Shown piece by piece: positions 15,814 through 27,318 of a stretch of 64,000 nucleotides of DNA (positions are counted from its first letter, which is position 1; the number at the start of each line of letters is the position of its first letter). Below the pieces are notes generated by a model. The model saw only the letters and a list, made by a program, of their open reading frames with translations. It did no database searches and was not told the origin of the DNA. This DNA comes from the human T2T-CHM13v2.0 reference genome, Homo sapiens: NCBI RefSeq assembly GCF_009914755.1, contig NC_060932.1. One strand, written 5' to 3'. Both the position numbers and the translations under genes were made by a program.

Positions 15814-16978
15814 TATGATATTATGATATAATGGGAAATATACATTTTGACTCTGCCTCTGGATTCTGGCACAAAGCGCCTCAAATTCTTCAAATTTTCT
15901 GAGCAAGAAGAGTGTTGGCTGAATCTTTTGTTTTCATATTTGATCTTTGACCTTGGTTTCTCACAAAGAACTTCCAAATCCCTTCATACGTTCTGGATGA
16001 TTGGAGCATCTTTCGTTCTAATGAGGTGTCTCTTAATGGGCTACCGAGTGAGGACTGGTTACCAGAAAGACCAAGCCATGATCAGAAGTATGAAGTTTGA
16101 AAAGCTTCCAGATTGCTGAACATGTGGAGGGTGTCATTCCTGGAGAGGAGAGGAAGCTCCGTGCTCCTTCCCTCATACCTTGCACTATACATCTCTTCCA
16201 TCTGGATGTTCATCTGTAGCATTTGTAATATCCTTTATAATAAACTATAAACATAAGTAAAATGTTTCTCTAGTATGGTGGGTCATGCTAGATGCTAGCA
16301 AACTGTGTAACTCAAGGAGGAGTTTGTGGGAACCCCAATTTATAGCTGGTTAGTTAGAAACAAAGGTTATAACCTGGACCTTGTGACTGTCATCTGTCTT
16401 AGTCTGTTTTGTGCTACTATAACAGAATACCACAAACTGGGTAATTGATAATTAATATAAATTTATTTCTCACAGTTCTGGAGGCTAGAAAGTCCAAGAG
16501 GCCCTGGTATGGGCTTTGTCCTCTGTTATTTCATGGCAGAAGATGGAAGGACAAAGAGAGGGCAAGAGAGAAAGATAAAAGGGAGCTGAACTCATCCTTT
16601 TATAAGGAGCCTATTCCTGTGATGATAGCATTAATTCATTCATGAGGGCAGAACCTCATAATCTAATCGTCTCCTCTCATTAGGCCCTACCTCCCAACAC
16701 TGCTACCGTGGGAATGAAGTTGCCAACACATGAACTTTGGGGTCAAACATTCAAACCATAGCAGCATTTGAAATGGGGCAGGATTTGAAACTGAGCTCTT
16801 ACCTCATGGGATCTGACACTGTCTCCAGTCAGAATTGAGTTAAATTGCAGGACACCTAGCTGTTGTCAGAGAATTGCTTGATGTGGGGACTCCACACATT
16901 TTGGTTACAGATGTGTTCTGTGTTGAGCATTGAATGTGTAGTAGGAGAGATCAGTTAGTTGGTTTTTCCTATTATACA
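15814..16978. mobile_element. MER21-family solo LTR, interrupted by an MST LTR
   Basis: tatgatattatgatat...ccagaaagaccaagccatg...gggaaccccaatttatagctggtt...tttttcctattataca; 5-bp TSD ACTGG at 15809-15813 and 16979-16983. Confidence 0.85.
16395..16763 (-). mobile_element. MaLR solo LTR (MSTC/MSTD-like)
   Basis: tgtcttagtctgttttgtgctactataacagaatacc...ctcacagttctggaggct...cattcaaaccatagca. Confidence 0.9.
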
Positions 16979-17299
16979 ACTGGATTATATACGTCTTAAA
17001 TCAGGAACTGTTATTTTATTGACCTAGTATCAATGCCCTCCAACCAAAGATCACCAAGAACACGTTCACAGTTAAGCTGGGGTTTTTGCTTATTGCAAGG
17101 ATGAATGCACAGCATAGGGAAACTTGAGGCATGTTAAGGTGTTAGGAAAGACTAATTATATATAACATTTGTGGCTAGTTTTAAATATTTGAAAGTGCCT
17201 AACATTTAGAATGAATATATAGGGTAGGTCATGGTATACCAACCTGGTATGAGTGGGGATTAATTTTCATTTCTGATAAGCTAGCATTCCTGACAAGAT

Positions 17300-18153
17300 T
17301 GTAGTGACTTCAATAAGAGCCTTCAGTTTACATGAGGCCTAGTTCCAATTATTGTAAAACTGAAAAATTGGGATGAAATGATGTCAGAGAAGCTTAAGTA
17401 TCAGAAGGGACCTGTAACAAAGAATCTATCCTTATGCTGTGTCATCCAAGAGCAGAAGGTGTTTAATCATTAATTAATAGTTAATAAATTTTGTTAGCAA
17501 TAAGTCAAATTTAGAGCAGATCTATCAATTTAAAAAGCATGGAAGAAGATTATAAGAAGTTAAAAGTAACATGACAAAGATAAGAGAGATATTGAGAAAA
17601 ATTTTAGTTATTAAATAGTTAATAGAGGATGTCAAAGTATAATAGGGAACATTAGTGATTGAGTAAAGATTAAAAAAGAAAGAGTGCCACAGAAACAGAA
17701 ATTTAATGTTATTCTATTGCCCTGCATAGAAGCTATATACTTTTGCACTCAGCAGCTTCTTACAAAGTTTTGGATGAGGACTGACTACTTATGTATGGAA
17801 TTCCTAAGAATCCTCAGTTTAAGATCCGTTAGGATGTCCAATAGCCAGGAGTAAGTGATGTATGTCTTTAAGATGGTAACTTAATGATCAACACCTTGGA
17901 GCTTCAGTGCTGTATTAGTTGCTAATAGTACCTGGTCATTTCCTTTCCATGAAGTCTCAAGGGTGGTTTTTCTCCAGTGCCTTCTTCAGAAAATCAAAAT
18001 TCTAAGTTTCAGATCATGAAGAAACTAAACTGCTCAGGTGGATGTCATAGAAATGACACTCAGAGTTATTAATGTTAAAGCCTGAGGTATCATATGAGTT
18101 CATTGCATTGTTAGTCATATGAGCTTGAAATAGGGTTCAATCAAGATGGAAAT
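17300..18153 (-). mobile_element. Degraded ERV internal sequence (integrase C-terminus)
   Basis: Minus strand 17979->17881 reads HWRKTTLETSWKGNDQVLLATNTALKLQGVDH*, resembling the retroviral integrase tail motif LEPRWKGPYQVLLTT.TA.KLQG; element boundaries are approximate. Confidence 0.65.
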
Positions 18154-18155
18154 TA

Positions 18156-20440
18156 CAGTTGACCCTCGAATAATGTGGGGATTAGTGACACTGACCCCCG
18201 CCGCATCCCATGCAGTCAAAAATCTGCATGTAACTTTTGACTCTCTAAAAACTTAACTAGTAATAGCCTACTGTTTACCTTACCAATAATATAGTTAATT
18301 AACACACATTCCATATGTTATATGTGTTATATACTGTATTCTTACAATAAAGTAAGCTAGAGAAAAGAAAATGTTATTAGGAAAATCATAAAGAAGAGAA
18401 AGTATATTTACTATTCATTAAGTGGAAATGGATCACCATAAAGTTCTTCATCCTTGTCATTTTCACATTAAGTAGGCTGAGGAGAAGGAGGAAGAGGAAG
18501 GGTTGATCTTGCTGTCGAAGGGATGGCAAAAGCAGAACAAGTTGAGGAGGTGGAAGGAAAGGCAGGAGAAACAGGCATACTTGGTGAAAATTTCCAGAAA
18601 TTCATCGTAATTCCTGTCTTTTTTGCTTTTTCATTTCTCCAAAAATGTTTCTGTATAGTACCAATCTTCCTTTCATAGTTTGCTTTAGTCTCACCACCTG
18701 TATCATGGAAGGGTCCATGTTATAAAAAAGTTAGAAGCAATCTTGAATAATCAGAATCCTTCTGCCAGATTGTCTAATGTCAATTTATTTTCTGGCACTG
18801 CTTCCTCTATGTTTTCTTCCTCATGATTTGGCACTGGTTCAGAAACACTCATCTCCATCAAGTCATTTTCTGTTAGTTCCTCTGCTCTGGTGTTTATTAG
18901 CTCTTGAATTTCTCTTTACCACCACACCCACCCCTTTTGGTCATATCCAAAATCTCTTTCATGATTTTCTTGATTGGCTCTGTCATAAATCCTGTGAAGT
19001 CATGCACAACATGTGCACACAGTTTTCTTCAGCAGAAATTTGTTGTTTCAGGCTTAAAGACTCATGGCTTCTTCTACAACAATTATGGCCTCTTCAACGA
19101 AATAATCTTTCCAGACTTTCATAATGTTCTATCAGGATTCTCTTTCATGGTGTTGGCAATTCTTTTCATAGAGTACCATTTGTAATGAGCCTTAAAGGTC
19201 CTTATCATCCCCTAATCTAGAAGCTGAATTAGAAATGTGTTTAAGGGCAAGTAGACCACTTTGATGTCTTTGATGTTGAACTCATGGAGTTGTGGGTGGC
19301 CAGAAGCATTGTCCAATATGAAAAGAACTTTAAAAGGCAGTTTCTTACTGACAGGGTACTTCTAGACTTCAAGCACAAGTCATCAATGAAACAAATTAAA
19401 AGATGAAACCGATTCAAAGAAAGAGTTCTCATTATTGAGACCTTCTTGTTGTAACAAAAGAGACTGGCAGCCGGTAATTATCTTTTCCCTTGAAGGCTTG
19501 GGGGTTAATAGTTTTATAAATAAAGGAATTTGTAAATAAAGGCCCAACTGCATTTGCACAAATCAGTAGAGTTAGCCTGTCCCTTCCTGCCTTAAATCCT
19601 CATGCTCACTTCTCTTTCTTACTAAGAAACATTCATGGTATTTTTTTTCTAGAATAGAGCACTTTCATCTGCATTAAAACCTTGTTCAGTAAGATCTCCT
19701 TTCTCTTTGATGGTTTTTTTATTGACATCTGGAAACTTGTCTGCTGCTTCTTGGTCAGTAGAAGATACTTCTCTTGTTATATTGACTTTAAAAAGCCAAA
19801 CCTCTTTCTAAAATAGATCTAACCATCCTTTGCTGGCATTAAATTCCCCAGCTTTAGATCCTTTACCTTCCTTTTGCTTTAAGTTGTCATATAATGACTT
19901 CATTTTTCCTCAAATCATATTAGTCTATAGATAAATATATGCCTTTCTTATAGTAATTTGGCACGCAAATAAAAGCTGCATTTTCAAAATGAGATAAAAA
20001 GCTATTTTTAAAAAAGTTCAAGACTTTCACTGCATTTTTTGCTGGTGTATTCCCAGTGATAGCTTTATGAATTCCTTCCTTAAAAAAAATTGTAGTCCTT
20101 AGGCTGGATTTATTTATCTTGAAACAACAGTCAACCACAGCTGCAGACCTCAATCTATGAGACACATCAAGTAATTCAATTTTTATTGTTATATTCTCTG
20201 CTTCATGAGAGCACTTCCAGTTGATATCACTAGTGGTACTTCATATGGGTTGCATGGTGTCATTCAAGGTTAGAGTATTGCACTAAAGACAGTACAAAAT
20301 ACGCAAGGAACTGCAAGAGACCACTTTTTACTATCATATGCCATTTGCTGGAGAGATGAACTGCTCACTTGGAGGTGATTGGCATCACTTGACATTTTAT
20401 ACAGATACAACACTTGAGCCCACTGCAAGAGGATCAACAA
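18156..20440 (-). mobile_element. Tigger2 (TcMar-pogo) DNA transposon relic with pseudogenised transposase
   Basis: TA followed by TIR cagttgaccctcgaa; the minus strand gives N-terminal RLRSAAVV..FKINKSS..ENAAF..YKKGI (ORF 19920-20165) and DDD motifs FNADESALF*KK (~19640-19678), ILDNA (~19306-19320) and QLLD*G (~19209-19226); the second TIR was not found. Confidence 0.92.
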
Positions 20441-20469
20441 GAAACAGAAAACAAATGAGAGGGAGTCAA

Positions 20470-20620
20470 CTTTATAAAAATATGAAATTATTGCTGTAAA
20501 AAGTAATTCTATGACATGATTGTCTGTGTAGAAAATTCCAAAGAATCAACAACAAAAAGAACTCCTGAAACTAATAAGAAATTATAGCAAGGTTACAGGA
20601 TAGAAGGTTAATATACAGTA
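20470..20620 (+). mobile_element. Old L1M ORF2 fragment
   Basis: atgacatgattgtctgtgtagaaaattccaaagaatcaac...aattatagcaaggttacaggatagaaggttaatatac, the region just after the RT FADD motif. Confidence 0.75.
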
Positions 20621-20846
20621 TGTTTCCTCTAAGAGTAGAGAAAGTTTAGATGTAGAAAAACAGTCTGATATAAATACAAAAGATAGTGGCATTACAACTG
20701 ATTTCGATATAGCTTGGGCTTGTGACAATTTCATCAACACTTACTACTTAAAAGCCAGAATTTACTAATCCCCAAAGTAAAAAAATAAACACAAAACAAA
20801 AAACAACAACAATAAAAAAAAAACAGAGAAGAATATGTCCCCTCTG

Positions 20847-21582
20847 CGATCATTAAAAAGTCAGGAAACAACAGGTGCTGGAGAGGATGTGGAAAAATAG
20901 GAACAGTTTTACACCGTTGGTGGGACTGTAAACTAGTTCAACCATTGTGGAAGTCAGTGTGGTGATTCCTCAGGGATCTAGAACTAGAAATACCATTTGA
21001 CCCAGCCATCCCATTACTGGGTATATACCCAAAGGACTATAAAACATGCTGCTATAAAGACACATGCACATGTATGTTTATTGTGGCACTATTCACAATA
21101 GCAAAGACTTGGAACCAAGCCAAATGTCCAACAATGATAGACTGGATTAAGAAAATGTGGCACATATACACCATGGAATACTATGCAGGCATAAAAAATG
21201 ATGAGTTCATGTCCTTTGTAGGGACATGGATGAAGCTGGAAACCATCATTCTCAGCAAACTATCGCAAGGACAAAAAACCAAACACCACATGTTCTCACT
21301 CACAGGTGGGAATTGAACAATGAGAACGCATGGACACAGGAAGGGGAACATCACACACCGGGGACTGTTGTGGGATGGGGGGAGTGGGGAGGGATCGCAT
21401 TAGGAGCATTAGGAGATATACCTAATCTTAAATGATGACTTAATGGGTGCAGCACACCAACATGGCACATGTATACATATGTAACAAACCTGCACGTTGT
21501 GCACATGTACCCTAAAACTTAAAGTATAATAAAAAATAAAAATAAAAATAAAATAAAATAAAACAAACAAAATAAAACAACA
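20847..21582 (+). mobile_element. 5'-truncated young L1 (L1PA3/4-like): ORF2 end, 3'UTR and A-rich tail
   Basis: Close match to the primate L1 3' end (tcaggaaacaacaggtgctggagagg...cctaaaacttaaagtataataaa); perfect 18-bp TSD aagaatatgtcccctctg at 20829-20846 and 21583-21600; ORF 21074-21316 is the ORF2 C-terminus. Confidence 0.98.
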
Positions 21583-22492
21583 AAGAATATGTCCCCTCTG
21601 TTAAATGAAGTAAACTCTTCATGAGAATTTTTTTTGCTTTTTGTTCTAAACTAATTTCAACTTAATCCTTTTTGTGTTAAAAACTCTCTAAAGTGGCCAC
21701 TGAAATTTCAAACTGTCCCTAGTATTCCTTAGAGAAATATGTATAGCAATTATATTATTATGAGAAAACATGGAGGGAACAGGTGTTTGCCCTGGAAGAA
21801 GCAGGAGTTTAGATTAAGAAGACCCCATCATAACCATCAGGACCAAGGATAAAGCTATAATTGCTAAGGAAGCTGTAGTTATATATAATAGTTATGATAT
21901 AAATATATTCAATTATTTTGGAAGTTTGACATTTTTCCTGTTTTGTCTGTGTTGAGACATAACTTTGGTGTGTGCTTGTTTTTGTCTTGATCTATTATGG
22001 TTACAGAGTGGCTTTAATTGAAATTGGTGTTCTGTAAAATTGTTATGTTTAACTAGAGAACACCAAGGCCTAGCTATGAATGCCAGGCCAGCTCCTAGCA
22101 ACACTAGAACCTAACTGATGGTACCCAGCATAAGCTAGACTGGGAGGTGGGTGGCTGCACACTCAAAACTGGCTTCCAACGGGACACAGACATCAAAACA
22201 AAGAAGAGGGTATGGTATGCAAACGAAGTTGAGGGGCAAGAAACCTAACTTATGTGACATCTAGATCCCTTCTCAAATCTTTTGTCTTAGTCTGTCTGTG
22301 CTGTCTCTTACAAAGTGCCATCAACTGGGTAGCTTATTAACAACAGAAATTTATTTCTTACAATTCTGGAGACTGGGAAGAGCAAGATGTTGGCAGATTC
22401 AGTATCTGGTGAGGGCCTGGTTCATAGATGGAGCCTTCTCTCTGTGTCCTCAGATGGCAGAAGGGCAAAGAGGTCTCTTTGGGGCCTCTTTT

Positions 22493-22786
22493 TTATTTTT
22501 ATTTTTATTATTACTTGTTTGAGACGGAGTCTTGCTCTGTCGCCCAGGCTGGAGTGCAGTGGCGTGATCTCGGCTCACTGCAAGCTCCGCCTCCAGGGTT
22601 CACACCTTTCTCCTGCCTCAGCCTCCTGAGTAGCCCGCCACCACACCTGGCTAATTTTTTGCATTTTTAGTAGAGATGGGGTTTCACCGTGTTAGCCAGG
22701 ATCGTCTCGATCTCCTGACCTCGTGATCCGCCCTCTTCGGCCTCCCAAAGTGCTAGGATTACAGGCGTGAGCCACCGCACCTGGCC
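22493..22786 (-). mobile_element. AluY with 13-bp TSD and small internal deletion
   Basis: AluY-type gcaagctccgcctcc, gttagccaggat and ctcgatctcctgacctcgtgatcc; TSD tggggcctctttt at 22480-22492 and 22787-22799. Confidence 0.97.
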
Positions 22787-22902
22787 TGGGGCCTCTTTTA
22801 TAAGGGCATGAATCCCTTTGATGAGGACTCTACCCTTGTGACCTGATCACCTCCCAGAAGTCCTACGTCCTAATACTCCTCACCTTGGAGGTTAAGATTT
22901 CA

Positions 22903-23205
<303 letters not shown>

Positions 23206-23818
23206 ATTTTAACATATACATTTTTGGGGAACACAAACATTCAGACTATAGCATCCTGAGAGAGACTTTTTATTTCCCTGAAAATCTAGTCAAATTTCTT
23301 TTTGTGGATTATAACAATTGTGAAATTGACTATGCCTCCTTTTACAGTTTGACTTTCAGATAGCTCAGCCAGATACATCCTCCTAGTCTGTACCTCCTTT
23401 TCTAATTTATATTTTCCCTCCTTATTTTATCATTTATTTTACCATTTTATGGTATGCTTTTCTTCAAATCTTATATGGAAGAAGGTACCCATAAAAAAAC
23501 CGATCAACTAATTATAATTTTGTAAAAATCGCCTCCTCTTCATGTATATAAGACATTAAATAGTGTAAAAGTAATAGATAATATAGGCACAGTGAGCAAA
23601 GATGTCACCATTTAAACATAAAATCGATTGGCAATGACTGGAAAACTCTCTTCAACTCACTAAACTCTAAATCCAACCTTATAATTAATTGCAATTTTGA
23701 AATTATCTGGAAAATATTATTTAGAAAGAAGTTTGAAGAATGTTAGCTGCATTCACACATGTGAAATGCTTATTGCTGACTGTGTAAAGTACTGTGCTTG
23801 GCATTTGAGACAGCAGGG

Positions 23819-24188
23819 TGTATTGGTCCATTTTCATACTGCTATAAGGAACTGCCCGAGACTGGGTGATTTGTAAAGAAAACAGGTTTAATTGACTCAC
23901 AGTTCAGCATGGCTGGGGAGGTCTCAGGAAATTTACAATCTTGGCAAAAGATGAAGGGGAAGCAAGGCACTTCCTTCACAGGCAGCAGGAAGGAGAAGTG
24001 CTGAGCAAAGAAGAACGCCTTATGAAACCATCAGATCTCACAAGAACTCACTATCATGAAAACAGCATGGTGGAAACTCTCCCCATGATTCAATTACCTC
24101 CACCTGATGTCTCCCTTGACATGTGGGGATTATGGGGATTACAGTTCAAGATGAGATTTGGGTGGGGACACAAAGCCTAACCATATCA
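23819..24188 (-). mobile_element. THE1D/MSTA-type MaLR solo LTR
   Basis: tgtattggtccattttcatactgctataagga...gagatttgggtggggacacaaagcctaaccatatca; 5-bp TSD CAGGG at 23814-23818 and 24189-24193. Confidence 0.95.
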
Positions 24189-26202
24189 CAGGGTTTCAAA
24201 AACTGAAGATTGAAACCCCTCCCTCAAAAGGTTTGCAGTCCACCTGGAAAACACCCACCATATTACTTTGGAGAATGATGGTGATTTGAAGCCGACTTTG
24301 TTTTTGGTGGACTGTGTTTCAAATCAGTGTAACTTTGCTCCTCCTGAACAAGGCACAGGTCTTTCTCGGCAGTTAATGTAATACCTTGTACATAGTGTGT
24401 GGTCATCAAACAGCTGTGGGTTGGATGTGGGGCAGACATCTACTGCACTGACAGCTGAAGCTACAAAATGCTGAAGTTAGGTTCTTCTTTCTGTTTAAAC
24501 ATACTTACTAAGAATTATTCACATCTTGTGAGACAACTTCAGGGCTTTCAACTCTATCTTCCCCTGAGAAATCCTGAGAAGTAATTAAATAAATAGAATA
24601 TTGCCAGCCACACAAATTCTGTGAAGACAGAGAAAGATTATTTTGTTCATTGAGCTCTAGCCTAGAGGGGCAACAACACGCTCACACCTTCTTACCAGCA
24701 GCAATAAATTGGCAGCCTCAACCTATTATAATTCTCTTGGGTGGGTGCTGTCATAAATTCAGTACTTGGATGTAAGTTTCTTCTGTGGAAATGTAACTGG
24801 AGAACTAAGCTGCTATATCAGGCTCAAAATGTAGAGTTTTCCTTCAGAGACTTTAACTAGTTCATTTTCATTTTGATGAATACCTCAGGGAAAACTGAAG
24901 ATAATAGAAAATAAGAAAATGAATTGTATTTTAAAAATAACTACAATGGGACTCATACTGGTGGTGTAATTGCTTGGGGCTGATAGAATGAGACTGGCAG
25001 CATTATTTTTCTATCTTGAGACTGAGACATGATGTGCCATTGGGGCATACTTCGGCAAAGAGAGACAGTAAATGAGGCTCACTAGAACTGAACAGGTTTG
25101 ACAGACAACTATGGAGGTTCTACTAAGCGGCCAAAGAAAGTGTCCAAGGGATATAGCAAGCTCAGTCATAACTCAGGCAACAAGGAACATTGCAGTTTGT
25201 AGAAGTGGCAGCAAGGTCCCAACAAGGAAGTGTGGTCCATGAATGAGAATCAATAAAAGGCAGTCACCATCCAGATTCAACTGTAGAGCAGCAGCTCGAG
25301 TTACTCAATGAGTGCTCAAAGACAAATCCTGAACTGTTGAAGCAAAAGTGAGACTTAGAAGCAGGAACCAAAGCCGCAAGCCTTACCACTGGGTACATGT
25401 GGGTGGGGAGAGTTGGGACTGAAAAGGTGGTAAGAGGACCGCTGGTCAGCCCTGGGACCCTGGAGTACCTTGATTTGGTGGCTGCTCACTACTCTAACAT
25501 GGGAGAGCTAAAGTTATGTGAATACAGTTCTTTGGACATTATGATTGCCTCTGGCAACTGGGCAGAGCTACACATTCTAACGGCGAGGCTAAGGCTTAGA
25601 AAATGAGATAGGGACTGAAATAATGTAACTCCTGTAGCTAGAATGGTACTCATCTATTTTAAAGGACCTCATATCCCGTGAATTCTACCTACTCCCTGCC
25701 ACCCACACACAGCACCACAAGTCTTGTAAACAAAATAAGAAAACAGAATTACATTGTTATTCTTTAATATCTTCAGAGTTTGAAAATAATATTTTGACAA
25801 ATATCTCCTTGAAAACATATATTCTGAAGGAGTAGAGGTTGGTTTTTATATTTCTATGGCATTGATTTCTTCTTACAATATAAAAAGACCAAATAGCCAA
25901 TAGAGATGATAGAGATTAGTTGCACTATGGAATCAACTGGTGTTAAGAATCAAGACCTCAGGTTTGAAATCCAGCTTCTCTGCTCATTTTGTGATGTTGA
26001 GTAGGTTACCCAATATTCAAATAAATAGTGACCAAATCACTAAGGTTAACAGAGCCAGGAGAAAGATGAAATATAAGATTTAAGCATTGCATGTAGCTAT
26101 AAGATGTTGGGTACAGTATGATGTATCCATAAACTGCAAAGTCCTGTTTAATGTACTAAATCTGTGAAATTCAGATACAGTAATAAAGTATGCTATACTT
26201 GG

Positions 26203-26333
26203 TTTCTCTCTCTCTCTTTCTTTCTCTCTTTCTCTATGTCTCTCTGTTTGTCTCTCTCTCTCTTTCCCTTCCTTCCTTCTTTCCTTCCTCTCTCTCTTTT
26301 TCCTTCCTTCCTTCCTTCCTTCCTTCTTTCTTT

Positions 26334-26385
<52 letters not shown>

Positions 26386-26407
26386 TCCTTCTTCCTTTTT
26401 CTTTCTT
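26203..26407. repeat. Compound (CT)n/(CCTT)n/(CTTT)n microsatellite derived from an Alu tail
   Basis: ~200 bp of almost pure pyrimidine directly abutting an antisense AluJ. Confidence 0.97.
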
Positions 26408-26691
26408 GGCAAAGTCTTGCTCTGTCATCCAGGCTGAAGTGTAATGGCATAATCATACTTCATTGCAGCCTTGACTTCCTGAGCTCAAGTGATCCTCCAA
26501 CCTCAGCTTCCCAAGGAGCTGAGAATACAGGCATGTGCCACCACTCCTGGCTCAGTTTTAACTTTTTTTTGTAGAGACCGGGTCTTGCTATGTTGCTCAG
26601 GCTTGTCTTGAACTCCTGCCTCAAGAAATCCTCCTGCTTCTTCATCCCAAAGTGCTGGGATTACAGGTGTTAGCCACTGCCTTGCCTGGCT
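26406..26691 (-). mobile_element. AluJ
   Basis: gtcttgctctgtcatccaggctg...gagctcaagtgatcctcc...gtcttgctatgttgctcagg...ccactgccttgcctggc. Confidence 0.95.
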
Positions 26692-26799
26692 TATTTCTTA
26701 ATGACTTAATTTATCATTAGCAATGAGCTAAAATATCAATCTTAGAGATGCTTTCTCCTTCATCACCAATTCACCATGATGCTGACTGGAAGCAACTCA

Positions 26800-27015
26800 A
26801 ATTTTGGTTTGAGGTAGATCCAGATTTGAAAATCTATCCTGCCTTTTCCTAACTATAAAAATCTGGACAAGAAATTGGATTTCTCTACACCTCATTTTTT
26901 TTTCCTGCTAAAGACAGATTAAAATAGCTATCTCATAGGGTTGCTATAAAGATAAAAAATGATATCTGTATAATACCTAGCACACATAGTAGATGCTTAA
27001 TAAATGTAATTATTA
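26800..27015 (+). mobile_element. MIR
   Basis: gatttgaaaatctatcctgcc...atctcatagggttgctataaag...cctagcacacatagtagatgcttaataaatg. Confidence 0.75.
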
Positions 27016-27148
27016 TCAGGGAGAGAAAATAGGACAGAGTAGCAGAAGAAAATGAGATTAAGCCCTAGGTTAAATCCTGTCTTTGGCATTTAGTAGTTTG
27101 AAAAGGTTAAGACACTGAACTTAAGAGTACTCATCCTAAAAATGGAAA

Positions 27149-27318
27149 GGCCAGGTGCAGTGCCTCACAGCTGTAATCCTAGTGCTCTATGAGACAGAAG
27201 CAGAAAGGTTGCTTGAGGCCAGGAGTTTGAGGCTGCAGTGAGCGATGATCTCACTCATCACTGCACTCCAGCCTGTGTGACAGAGCAAGACCCTGTTTCA
27301 AAAAAGAAAAAAAAAATA
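27149..27318 (+). mobile_element. Alu monomer (FRAM/FAM) inserted in a MIR
   Basis: ggccaggtgcagtgcctcac...gcttgaggccaggagtttgaggctgcagtgag...gagcaagaccctgtttc-A tail. Confidence 0.9.

Noticed and set aside
26080-26574. Lys/Glu/Arg-rich and Phe/Leu/Ser-rich ORFs
   Set aside because: They arise from a stop-free microsatellite.
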